Of a DNA stretch of 18,886 bases, positions 7,679 to 16,292 are shown piece after piece (positions within the stretch are counted from its first letter, which is position 1; each line of letters begins with the position of its first letter). The stretch is from the NCBI GenBank assembly GCA_046292385.1, contig JBKBRF010000055.1, forward strand, positions 3,686 through 22,571, written 5' to 3'. Under the pieces are notes generated by a model. That model made no database searches. It was not told where the DNA came from and saw only the letters and a list, made by a program, of their open reading frames with translations. The DNA is from Armatimonadota bacterium. GTDB lineage: Bacteria; Armatimonadota; SYMT01. The translations under genes were made by a program, and so were the position numbers.

Positions 7679-9127
7679 ATGAGCAAGCGCTGCTGTGGAC
7701 CGAATGGGCCGGATACGGCCCCCACCTCCCGGCGGGAGTTCCTCTCCCGGTCCGGCTTCGGATTCGGGACCCTGGCGCTCGCATCCCTGCTGGCGGACCA
7801 GGGGCTGCTAGCGGCCGAGGCGCCTGCCGCGAACCCGCTGGCGCCGAAGCAGCCGCACTTCGCGGCGAAGGCGAAGCGGATCATCTTCCTCTTCATGTCG
7901 GGCGGACCGAGCCACCTGGAGACGTTCGATCCCAAGCCGGAGCTGCAGCGGCTGCACGGGCAGAAGCTGCCGGAGAGCTTCGGGCCGGTGAAGACCCGCC
8001 GCGGCGTGGACAAGAACGTGCTGCTCGGCACGCAGCGGACCTTCCGGAAGCACGGCCAGTCCGGGACGGAGGTCTCCGACTTCCTCCCGCACATGGCCGG
8101 GATCGTCGACGACCTCGCGGTGCTGCGCGGCTGCTATGGGGACAGCGTCACCCACCCGGAGTCGGTCTACCTGATGAACTGCGGCTCCGTGCGGATGGGG
8201 CGGCCGTGCCTCGGCTCCTGGGTGGCGTACGGGCTCGGCAGCGAGAACCAGAACATGCCGGCCTACGTGGTGATGCCGGACCCCGCCGGCTGGGTGAAAG
8301 GCGGCGCGCCCTCGTGGGGGAACGGCTTCCTGCCGGCCGCCTACCAGGGCACGATCATGCGCGGGGGGAAGTCCCCGATCCTGAACCTGGAGCTGCCGGA
8401 GGGCGTGACGGAGGCGCAGCAGCGGAAGACGCTCGACCTGGTCCGCAGCCTGAACCAGGAGCACCTGAAGCAGCGCCGGGAAGACAGCGCGCTGGCGGCG
8501 CGGATCGCCGCGTACGAACTGGCGTACCGGATGCAGAGCCACGCGCCGCAGGTGACCGATCTTTCGAAGGAGAGCGAGGCGACCAAGAAGATGTACGGCC
8601 TCGACCGCCCCGAGTGCGCGGAGTTCGGGCTCCGGTGCCTGCTGGCGCGGCGGATGGTGGAGCACGGAGTCCGCTGCGTGCAGCTCTACTGCGGCGACAC
8701 GAACGGGTGGGACGCTCACAGCGACATCGAGGAGAACCACCGAGTCCACTGCGCCCGCACCGACCAGCCCGCCGCGGCGCTGATCAAAGACCTGAAGCAG
8801 CGCGGCCTGCTCGACAGCACGCTGGTGGTCTGGGCCGGAGAGTTTGGCCGCACCCCGATGACCGAGGGGAAGACCGGGCGCGACCACAACCCGTACGGCT
8901 TCAGCATCTGGATGGCCGGCGGCGGGATCAAGGGCGGCGTCACCTACGGCGGCACCGATCCGGTCGGCCTCCGCGCGGTGGAGAACCGGACCCATGTCCA
9001 CGACATCCACGCCACGATCCTCCACCTGCTGGGGCTGGACCACAAGCAGCTCACCTATCTCCACAACGGTCGCGCCGAGCGCCTGACCGACGTCGCCGGA
9101 GAGGTGGTCCGCCCCATCCTCGCCTAG
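7679..9127 (+). CDS. DUF1501 family protein (alkaline phosphatase/sulfatase-like fold) with twin-arginine signal, ~482 aa
   Basis: SRREFL, AKAKRIIFLFMSGGPSHLETFDPKP, GWDAH, GEFGRTP, GRDHNP and HVHDIHATILHLLG. GAGAGG precedes ATG 7679; alternative starts are 7646 and 7658. Confidence 0.94.
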   Translation: MSKRCCGPNGPDTAPTSRREFLSRSGFGFGTLALASLLADQGLLAAEAPAANPLAPKQPHFAAKAKRIIFLFMSGGPSHLETFDPKPELQRLHGQKLPESFGPVKTRRGVDKNVLLGTQRTFRKHGQSGTEVSDFLPHMAGIVDDLAVLRGCYGDSVTHPESVYLMNCGSVRMGRPCLGSWVAYGLGSENQNMPAYVVMPDPAGWVKGGAPSWGNGFLPAAYQGTIMRGGKSPILNLELPEGVTEAQQRKTLDLVRSLNQEHLKQRREDSALAARIAAYELAYRMQSHAPQVTDLSKESEATKKMYGLDRPECAEFGLRCLLARRMVEHGVRCVQLYCGDTNGWDAHSDIEENHRVHCARTDQPAAALIKDLKQRGLLDSTLVVWAGEFGRTPMTEGKTGRDHNPYGFSIWMAGGGIKGGVTYGGTDPVGLRAVENRTHVHDIHATILHLLGLDHKQLTYLHNGRAERLTDVAGEVVRPILA

Positions 9128-9150
9128 TCTCAAGCCGGAGGGTGGCAGAG

Positions 9151-9630
9151 ATGATCGGGAAACGCACGCGGGAGCTTCTGGTGGGAACGGCGGTGTTGGC
9201 GCTATTGGCGACGGTCGCCTCCGAGGTCTACGCCCGGCACGCCGTGACCGAGCAGATGCGGACATCGGTCGTCGCGGCGGATCTGGAAAGCGTTCTCCGA
9301 TGCGTGCGTCAGCGCGCGAACCCGAATGCGACTTCCCCGGGCGGGCACACCCCGTTGATGCTGGCAGTGTGCTACGGCGACCTTGATGCGGCGAAGGAGC
9401 TGCTGGACGCCGGTGCCAACGCCAGTGCCACGGCGCCATGGAAGCGTGGGTGCGTGGTGGCCCCGTATACACCGCTCGCCGTCGCCGCCGCCAGGGACGA
9501 CAAGCGCATGGTGCAACTGCTGCTCCAGCGGGGCGCCGATCCGTCGCTGCGCGACAAGCTCGGAAGGACGCCCGCCGAACACGCCTCCGATCCCGTCATC
9601 CGAGTGCTGATCCTGGCTGCAGAGCGCTGA
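9151..9630 (+). CDS. Ankyrin-repeat protein with N-terminal membrane anchor/signal (159 aa)
   Basis: GGAGGG Shine-Dalgarno, hydrophobic LLVGTAVLALLATVA, then GHTPLMLA..LLDAGANA, YTPLAVAA..LLLQRGADP and DKLGRTP. Confidence 0.88.
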   Translation: MIGKRTRELLVGTAVLALLATVASEVYARHAVTEQMRTSVVAADLESVLRCVRQRANPNATSPGGHTPLMLAVCYGDLDAAKELLDAGANASATAPWKRGCVVAPYTPLAVAAARDDKRMVQLLLQRGADPSLRDKLGRTPAEHASDPVIRVLILAAER

Positions 9631-9722
9631 GTCGCCCGCTCCCCATGTAACGGAGGCCCTGAATGCTCGGAAGACGCACGCTGGAGCCGTTGATCGGCAC
9701 CCGGTGACCGGCCGGGGAGCGG

Positions 9723-9758
9723 CTCTCCCACTCCCCCACTCTCCCTTTCTCCCACTCC
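9723..9758. repeat. Degenerate octamer tract (CTCCCACT)n
   Basis: ctctcccactcccccactctccctttctcccactcc. Confidence 0.8.
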
Positions 9759-9878
9759 AACACGTCAGAAGTGGCTGGACACACCACCAGACTCCAGGGC
9801 TGCCTGGGAGGACGCGGCGCTTGCCGTTCCGAACAGTTCGGCAGCTGTCACGCCCTACTTCCCTACGGTTTCAGGTTT

Positions 9879-10044
9879 AGAACCTGTCCCAGTAGGGAGA
9901 GGCGGCTGCGCCTGGCTGCGAACCGCGGATCCGTTGTCGCGCCGGAACGTCCGATATTCGGCCCATATCGACCGTCCCGGCGCTCCTAGTCTCCGCGGCC
10001 CTCGCTCAGGCTCGCATTCACCACTGCCAACTGGGACAGGTTCT
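9879..10044. mobile_element. 166-bp MITE-like element with perfect 15-bp terminal inverted repeats and nested internal palindromes
   Basis: AGAACCTGTCCCAGT (9879-9893) and ACTGGGACAGGTTCT (10030-10044). Inner pairs are 9923-9929/9992-9998, 9939-9945/9977-9983 and 9952-9957/9965-9970. Confidence 0.75.
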
Positions 10045-10045
10045 C

Positions 10046-12712
10046 ATGACTTCCCGCAGTTTTCCCCGTCTGCTCCTGGCGCTCGTCCTCTCCGGACTCG
10101 CGTGCGCGGCGTGGGGGCAGGCGCCTCCGGCCGGGGTCTGGCTCATCCGCGGCGCGCGCGTAGTGCCGGTGGAGGGCGCGGTCCTAGAGCGGGCCGACAT
10201 CCTGGTGCGCGGCGGCGTGATCGAGGCGGTCGGCCCCGGGCTCACCGCCCCCGCCGGCGCGCAGGAGCTGAACGCCGGCGGCCTGAGCGTCTATCCGGGG
10301 CTGATTGACCTCCACTCGACCCTGGCGCAGCCGTTCGTCCCGGCCAGCGGGGGTGGCCGTGGCCGCGGCGGACAGGGAATGCCCGCGCCGATGCCCGCGC
10401 CGATGCCCGCTGTGGAGGGCCCGGCGCCGGTCAACCCGCCCGCGCCGGACCTCTCTACGCTGGAAGCGCAGCTTTCGGCGGTGTCGCTCGGCCTCGCCCC
10501 TGCCTGGCAGGTGGCGGCGGCGCTGAAGGCGTCGGACCGCGACTTCAGCGCCGCCCGCTCCGCCGGGGTGACGCTGGCGCTCTCTGCGCCCCGCACGGGG
10601 GCGATCCCGGGACAGGCGGCGCTGGTCCGGCCGCTGCCGGGGGAGGCGGCGGCGTTCGTGGAGGAGAAGGCGGGACCGGTCTGCTTCGCCTTCAGCGGCG
10701 GCGCGGGACGCTACCCGGGCACGCTGATGGCGGTGCTCGCGGCGCAGCGGCAGATGCTGGCGGATGCGCAGCGCCACGCCGCGCTCTCCGCAGCCGCGGA
10801 GAAGAGCCCGGACCTCGACGCGCTCCGGCCGGTCATCCGCGGCGAGCAGTGGGTCCACTTTACCGCCAACCGGGAGCGGGAGATCGACCGGGCGCTGAAG
10901 CTGGCGGATGAGTTCCGCTTCCGACTCGCGGTGGCGGGCGGCGCGGAGGCGAACCGCCTGGCTCCGGAGCTGGCGCGGCGGGGGACTCCCGTCCTCTTCG
11001 CGCTCGGCACCTCCACCTCCGGGACCGGCGCGTCGGTGCCCGCGGAGCTGCTGAGGGCGGGGGTCCCGCTCGCGCTGACGAGCCGCGGCCTCTCCGGGTA
11101 CGACGACCTCCCCGGCGCGGTGCGGAGATTCATGGCGGGCGGGCTGACGGAAGAGCAGGCGGTCCGCGCCCTCACCCTCTCCCCGGCGGAGATCCTCGGC
11201 GTGAGCGGGCGGTACGGCTCGATCCGGCCGGGCAAGGCGGCCGACCTGATCGTCTCGGAGGGACCGCTCTTCGCCTCCGGCAGCCGGCTGCGGCACGTCT
11301 TCGTGAAGGGCCAGCCGTTCGAGCTGAAGCAGGAGCCGCGCACGGAGAGCAACCGCCCCGGGAGCGAGCCGGCGGCGAACGACGGGGCGATCGTCCCCGC
11401 TCCGGCCAGCGAGGTGGTGCTGGTGAAGAACGCCACGCTCCTCACCGTCACCCGCGGCGTCATCCCGAACGGCAGCATCCTGATCCGGAGCGGCCGGATC
11501 GCCGCGATCGGGCCGAGCGCCTCCGTCCCGGCGCCGCAGGGGGCGCAGGTGATCGACGCGACCGGCAAGTACGTGATGCCGGGGATCGTCGACGCCCACT
11601 CCCACATGGCGATTGAGGGCGGGATCAACGAGGGGAGCTACTCCGTCACCCCGGAGGTGCGGATCGGAGACTGCATCAACCCGCGCGACATCACCGTCTA
11701 CCGCGCCCTCGCCGGCGGCGTCACCACCGCGCACGTGATGCACGGCAGCGCCAACACGATCGGCGGGCAGAACGCCATCATCAAGCTGAAGTGGGGCGAG
11801 CCGGCGGACGACCTGCTGGTGCCCGGCGCGCCGCGGACGGTCAAATTCGCCCTCGGGGAGAACCCGAAGCGCTCCAACTCCACGCTGCAGCCGGGCGCCG
11901 CCCGGCGCTACCCGGCCACGCGCCTGGGGGTGGAGAACGTGCTCCGCGCCTCCTTCACCGCCGCGCGCGCCTACCGGGACCGCTGGGACGCCTACCACGC
12001 CGCCAGGGGCCGCGGGGAGTCGCCGCAGCCGCCGCGGCGTGACCTCCGCCTGGAGGCGCTGGCCGACATCCTGACCGGCAAGATCCTGGTCCAGGCGCAC
12101 TGCTACCGCTCCGACGAGATCCTGATGCTCCTCCGGATCGCGGACGAGTTCGGCTTCAAGATCCGCACGCTCCACCACGCGCTGGAAGCCTACAAGGTCG
12201 CCCCGGAGATCGCCCGGCACGGCGCCGGCGTCTCCACCTTCTCGGACCACTGGGCCTACAAGGTGGAGGCGTACGACGCGATTCCCCACAACGCCGCCCT
12301 CACCACCCGGGCCGGAGTGCGCGTGAGCATCAACTCGGACAGCAACGAGCGCGTCCGCCGGATGTACTGGGAAGCCGCCAAGTGCATGAAGTACGGCGAC
12401 ATGACCGAGACCGAGGCGCTCAAGACGATCACCCTGCACCCCGCCTGGCAGATCGGGATCGATCACCGCGTCGGCAGCCTGGAGGTGGGAAAAGACGCCG
12501 ACCTGGCGATCTTCAGCGCGCACCCGTTCGCGGCGAACACCCGCTGCGAGATGACGCTGGTGGAGGGCCGGATCTTCTTCGACCGCAAGCAGGACCTGGA
12601 GCGGCGCGGCAAGCCGGGCTACCCCGCCCCGGAAGCGGAGCAGGCGCTCAGCATCGGCAGCGATGACGACTGCGAGTGCGACCTGGAGCTCTACCTGGAA
12701 AGCGAGCAGTAA
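10046..12712 (+). CDS. Exported tandem two-domain amidohydrolase family protein (888 aa)
   Basis: Signal peptide. Domain 1 has PGLIDLHST and [11 protein letters not shown]. Domain 2 has [33 protein letters not shown] and [10 protein letters not shown]. Confidence 0.93.
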   Translation: MTSRSFPRLLLALVLSGLACAAWGQAPPAGVWLIRGARVVPVEGAVLERADILVRGGVIEAVGPGLTAPAGAQELNAGGLSVYPGLIDLHSTLAQPFVPASGGGRGRGGQGMPAPMPAPMPAVEGPAPVNPPAPDLSTLEAQLSAVSLGLAPAWQVAAALKASDRDFSAARSAGVTLALSAPRTGAIPGQAALVRPLPGEAAAFVEEKAGPVCFAFSGGAGRYPGTLMAVLAAQRQMLADAQRHAALSAAAEKSPDLDALRPVIRGEQWVHFTANREREIDRALKLADEFRFRLAVAGGAEANRLAPELARRGTPVLFALGTSTSGTGASVPAELLRAGVPLALTSRGLSGYDDLPGAVRRFMAGGLTEEQAVRALTLSPAEILGVSGRYGSIRPGKAADLIVSEGPLFASGSRLRHVFVKGQPFELKQEPRTESNRPGSEPAANDGAIVPAPASEVVLVKNATLLTVTRGVIPNGSILIRSGRIAAIGPSASVPAPQGAQVIDATGKYVMPGIVDAHSHMAIEGGINEGSYSVTPEVRIGDCINPRDITVYRALAGGVTTAHVMHGSANTIGGQNAIIKLKWGEPADDLLVPGAPRTVKFALGENPKRSNSTLQPGAARRYPATRLGVENVLRASFTAARAYRDRWDAYHAARGRGESPQPPRRDLRLEALADILTGKILVQAHCYRSDEILMLLRIADEFGFKIRTLHHALEAYKVAPEIARHGAGVSTFSDHWAYKVEAYDAIPHNAALTTRAGVRVSINSDSNERVRRMYWEAAKCMKYGDMTETEALKTITLHPAWQIGIDHRVGSLEVGKDADLAIFSAHPFAANTRCEMTLVEGRIFFDRKQDLERRGKPGYPAPEAEQALSIGSDDDCECDLELYLESEQ
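10379..10410 (+). repeat. 12-bp coding tandem repeat (ATGCCCGCGCCG x2.7) encoding an MPAP linker
   Basis: atgcccgcgccg atgcccgcgccg atgcccgc. Confidence 0.85.
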
Positions 12713-12714
12713 CG

Positions 12715-13956
12715 ATGAAGCGGCGTACCTTTCTCCTCGGAGCGCTCCTCCCCGCGGCCGCGCTGGCCCGCGGCGCCTCCGCAGCCCCCGCTGCGGACGA
12801 CCTGATCCTGATCCGCGACGCCCGCCTGGTGCCGGTCTCCGGCCCGGTGGTCCAGCGGGGCAGCCTGCTGCTCCGCGGCGGGCGCATCGCCGCCCTCGGC
12901 GCGAACGTCGCCGCCCCCGCGGGGGCGCGGGTGATCGACGGCGCCGGCCTATCCGCCTACCCCGGCATGATCGAGACCGACACGCAGCTCGGCCTGAGCG
13001 AGATCTCCTCCGTCCGCGCGACGGTCGACGCCGCCGAGCTGGGCGACCTGAACCCGCAGCTCTGCGCCTTCGAGGCGTTCCACCCGCACAGCGAGCTGAT
13101 CCCGGTCACCCGCGCGAACGGCGTCACCACCGTCCTCACCCGCCCGTCCGGCGGCACCGTCCCCGGGCAGGCGGCGCTGATGAACCTGGCGGGCTGGACC
13201 GCGGAGGAAATGGCAGCCAGGCCCCGCGCCGGGCTGGTGGTCCGCTACCCCCGCGGCGCCAACGGCGCCCAGCTCAGCGCGTTGAAGACGCTCCTCAAGA
13301 CCGCGGGAGAGTACCAGGGTCCGAAGCCGGGCGAGCCGGTCGACCTGAAGCTGACCGCGCTGCAGCCGTACGTGAAGGGCGAGCTGCCGGTGCTCTTCGA
13401 GGTGAACCGGAAGGAGGAGATCGAGGGCGCGCTCGCGCTGACGGAGGAGTACCGGCTCCGCTCCATCCTCTCCGGCGTGCTGGAAGCGGACCAGGTGACG
13501 AAGCTGCTGAAGGAGAAGCAGGCGAAGTGCCTCGTCGGCTCCATCCTCTCCCAGCCGTCCGGCACGCGCGAGGCGTACGACCAGCTCTTCGCCCTCCCCG
13601 CCGCGCTGCACGAGGCGGGGATCCCGTTCGCGCTCGTCTCCGGCGACACCGCCAACGCGCGCAACCTGCCCTACCACGCCGCGATGGCGATCTCCTACGG
13701 CCTCCCCGCCGACGCCGCGCTGCGCGCCGTCACCCTCGCCCCGGCGGAGATCCTGGGGGTGGAGAAAGACTACGGCAGCCTGGCGGTGGGGAAGGTCGGC
13801 AACCTCTTCCTCGCCACCGGCGACCCGTTCGACCCCCGCACCCAGGTGAAGCACCTCTTCATCCAGGGCCGGCCCGTCGACCTCGACAACCGCCACGAGG
13901 CGCTCTACCGCAAGTTCCTGCAGCGGCTCTCTGAAGGGATGAAGGATGAACGCTGA
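12715..13956 (+). CDS. Exported amidohydrolase-fold protein lacking the HxH metal motif (413 aa)
   Basis: MKRRTFLL Tat-like signal, IDGAGLSAYPGMIETDTQLG, RANGVTT, ARNLPYHAA and GSLAVGK. It starts 2 nt after the upstream stop. Confidence 0.9.
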   Translation: MKRRTFLLGALLPAAALARGASAAPAADDLILIRDARLVPVSGPVVQRGSLLLRGGRIAALGANVAAPAGARVIDGAGLSAYPGMIETDTQLGLSEISSVRATVDAAELGDLNPQLCAFEAFHPHSELIPVTRANGVTTVLTRPSGGTVPGQAALMNLAGWTAEEMAARPRAGLVVRYPRGANGAQLSALKTLLKTAGEYQGPKPGEPVDLKLTALQPYVKGELPVLFEVNRKEEIEGALALTEEYRLRSILSGVLEADQVTKLLKEKQAKCLVGSILSQPSGTREAYDQLFALPAALHEAGIPFALVSGDTANARNLPYHAAMAISYGLPADAALRAVTLAPAEILGVEKDYGSLAVGKVGNLFLATGDPFDPRTQVKHLFIQGRPVDLDNRHEALYRKFLQRLSEGMKDER

Positions 13957-14005
13957 GGGCCTCCGAGGGATGAGGGATGAACGCTGAGGGATGAATCGGA
14001 ACCCT
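13933..14005. repeat. Heptamer tract (GGGATGA)n with a 16-bp direct repeat, overlapping the gene 3' end
   Basis: GGATGAACGCTGAGGG occurs at 13944 and 13975. The reverse complement of 13985-14005 nearly matches 6742-6763. Confidence 0.85.
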
Positions 14006-14260
14006 GCGGTCGCTGAGCCCCATCGGCGACCGCGGGCCGCTTTTGGTGACCGGTAGGGCTCGCCCTCGCCCGGGGGCTACTCCTCCTCCGGAGAGATCAC
14101 CTCGCTCTTGGCACCGTGCGCGCCGCAGCAGCGACATGCGGCCTGCGTCTTGTGCTCCCAGATCCCGCCGTCCGCCGGTTCTGCGGCTGGTGACGGTGGA
14201 TGTCATCGGGTTCAACCCGCATCTCCACACTTCACAGGGACGACTGCACTCCGAAAGAAG

Positions 14261-14401
14261 GGCCGCGCGAGCGCGTCACTCCGGCAGTGCCGGAGGTATG
14301 CAACCTCCTTCCGGCATGAGGGCGCACCCGGGCTGCTGCTACGGCACCGAAGAATCGGATACGCTCGCCGAGGACACGCGGAGTGACGCGCTCGCGCGGC
14401 C
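14261..14401. repeat. 23-bp perfect inverted-repeat pair with a 95-bp spacer (REP-doublet/MITE-like)
   Basis: GGCCGCGCGAGCGCGTCACTCCG (14261-14283) and CGGAGTGACGCGCTCGCGCGGCC (14379-14401). Confidence 0.9.
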
Positions 14402-14478
14402 TCCCTCTCGGGTTGGGATTCCATCCCGACAAGCCAATCTGCGCTTCCGATCACCACACGGACACGCAAGCAGTCGGC

Positions 14479-14820
14479 CTATTCGGACTTCTGGGCCTCA
14501 ATGTACGCGCGTAGCTCCGCTCGCCGAAGCTCTGTCGCCAGAAGGTAGATTTCCGTCAGTAAGCTCCTCAAGCGCTGGTTGACGGAAACGACGTCCTTTT
14601 CATCGATCTGATGACCGTTGACTGAATGCAGGTAGATATCGTTCAGGCTGCCCATGCCACCGTAGCCCGAGAGGAGCGTCTCGACCCCATAGAGGTCGAG
14701 CCGGCGAATCCACATCGCATTCCGGGCAAGCCAGTCTGGCCAGTGAGTCTGGCCGTGCCGGCGAAGGAGCTCCGCCGCTTCGTCGATCAGCCCGGCGAGC
14801 CTGGCGATCCGCTCATCCAA
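14479..14820 (-). CDS. Small helical protein with a GGMGSLND motif (DUF6966-like), 113 aa
   Basis: LLRRHGQTHWPDWL...YGGMGSLNDIYL pattern. TTG start at 14820 preceded by GAGGGAGAAGGAAG. The family name is from recall. Confidence 0.75.
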   Translation of the reverse strand: MDERIARLAGLIDEAAELLRRHGQTHWPDWLARNAMWIRRLDLYGVETLLSGYGGMGSLNDIYLHSVNGHQIDEKDVVSVNQRLRSLLTEIYLLATELRRAELRAYIEAQKSE

Positions 14821-14940
14821 CTTCCTTCTCCCTCGGAATCGTCGAGTCGGCGCAGGTTGACCTCGCGCAGTGGTTGCCGAACCGCCGGTCAAGAGCGAGC
14901 GCAGGAGTGACCGTTCCCCGAACGGCGCACCCCGCCCGCA

Positions 14941-14974
14941 CAGACCCATACCCTAGACCCTAACCCCTAGACCC
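14941..14974. repeat. Heptamer tract (ACCCTAG-like) overlapping the hydrolase stop codon
   Basis: cagacccataccctagaccctaacccctagaccc. Confidence 0.75.
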
Positions 14975-16111
14975 TTCCGCGACCAGCCAGCGCTTGAAGA
15001 ACGCGAACGCCTCTTGCTGCATCGGGACGTCGAACTTGTGGCCGCCCGGGTAGAAGGTGCCCTGGTAGCGATCCGCCGCGCCCATCTTGCGGTAGGTCTC
15101 GCGCAGGCGGCGGTCGGCGGCGCGCTGGCCTTCCAGGCTGTAGAGCGGATCGTCCTCGTCGTACTGCACCAGGGCGGGCTTCGGGCCGTGGAGGCCCAGG
15201 ATGTCGGGGAAGTCGAGGTAGGCGGCACAATGCGGAACGTAGAGCATCCAGGTGTGCGTCCACGTCCGGTCGTGGAGGAAGTCCTGCCAGGTCGACATGA
15301 ACCCGACGCAGGCGGCGGCGCGGATGCGGGGGTCGGTGCCGGCGAGCAGGACGGTGCGCAGGCCGCCTCCGGAGAGGCCGCCGCAGCCGATCCGCTCCGG
15401 GTCGACGTCGTCCCGGGTGAGGAGGTAGTCGACCGCCCGCCGGTCCTCGTAGGCGAAGATCCCGGGCCAGGTGGTGCCGGCGGTGAAGCACGACTTCGCC
15501 ACCACGTGCTCGTGCTCGCCCGCGAAGGCGTTGTACTCTCGGATGTAGGCGGGGGTGCCGGGCTGCAGGCTGCGGAACCGGCTCTGGTAGCGCGGGCTCA
15601 GGCTCTCCACCGGCACGGCGCGGCTCCCGAAGAGGAAGCCGTCGTGAACCAGCACCAGGAACCCTTCCCGGGCGAGCGCGTTGGCCCAGGGCACGCCGCC
15701 GTAGGCGTCCCGCCGGTGCTCCGTCGTGAGCGGGAAGGCGTGGTCCGACTCGGCGATCTTCTCCTTGCCGTAGTACTTGAAGCCGCCGTGGTCGTGCAGC
15801 GCCAGCACGGCGGGGAGGCGGCCGGTGGCACCTGCGGGCTTCAGGATCCACGCCTCACAGCGCGGACCGTAGCCGACGTTCCAGGAGACCTCCTCGACGC
15901 GGACTCCGTCCCGCTCCACCACGCGGCCGGGGCGCGCCTCCAGCGGAGCCGGGTCCGGACGGAAGGCGAGCAGCTCCAGCAGCTTGCCGCGCGCCTCCAG
16001 CCGCCACTGCTCCCGCTCCGGCCAGTCTCGCGCCAGGTAAGAGAGAGAAGCACCTTGCCGCGCGAGCACCCGGTCCAGCAGCTCGCGGTAGACTCCCAGA
16101 TCGCCGTTCAT
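14960..16111 (-). CDS. Alpha/beta hydrolase (dienelactone hydrolase / esterase-like), 383 aa
   Basis: PAVLALHDHGG, DYLLTRDDVDPERIG, nucleophile elbow GLSGGG, Asp in EDDPL and His in GHKF. GGAGG Shine-Dalgarno upstream. Confidence 0.92.
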   Translation of the reverse strand: MNGDLGVYRELLDRVLARQGASLSYLARDWPEREQWRLEARGKLLELLAFRPDPAPLEARPGRVVERDGVRVEEVSWNVGYGPRCEAWILKPAGATGRLPAVLALHDHGGFKYYGKEKIAESDHAFPLTTEHRRDAYGGVPWANALAREGFLVLVHDGFLFGSRAVPVESLSPRYQSRFRSLQPGTPAYIREYNAFAGEHEHVVAKSCFTAGTTWPGIFAYEDRRAVDYLLTRDDVDPERIGCGGLSGGGLRTVLLAGTDPRIRAAACVGFMSTWQDFLHDRTWTHTWMLYVPHCAAYLDFPDILGLHGPKPALVQYDEDDPLYSLEGQRAADRRLRETYRKMGAADRYQGTFYPGGHKFDVPMQQEAFAFFKRWLVAEGSRG

Positions 16112-16196
16112 GCGGTCGTCCCTCCCTGCGTGTGGCCCTCGTTCGGTGGCTTCAGGTCCGATTGCCCGCCAGGCAGGCTGCCTTCTGCCGCGCCTA

Positions 16197-16212
16197 AGTG
16201 ATCCCCGTCACG
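16197..16212. promoter_or_regulatory. Putative CRP-type box AGTGA-tccccg-TCACG
   Basis: Perfect GTGA-N6-TCAC core in the divergent intergenic region, about 80 nt upstream of a Crp/Fnr gene. Confidence 0.6.
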
Positions 16213-16292
16213 CGGCCGACAGCCAACCGCGACCCGGACCCCGGTACGATCTTTTGGCGGTCCCCCCTGCGGGTCCTTCGAAGGGGGAATCG

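Noticed and set aside
8206..9150. Long N-terminal part of the ankyrin ORF, or a frameshift fusion with DUF1501
   Set aside because: It is an alternative frame of the DUF1501 gene, which ends normally. The ankyrin gene has its own Shine-Dalgarno and ATG at 9151.
14043..14582. ORFs in the palindrome-rich gap
   Set aside because: They mutually overlap, lack motifs or convincing start signals, and the region is explained by repeats.
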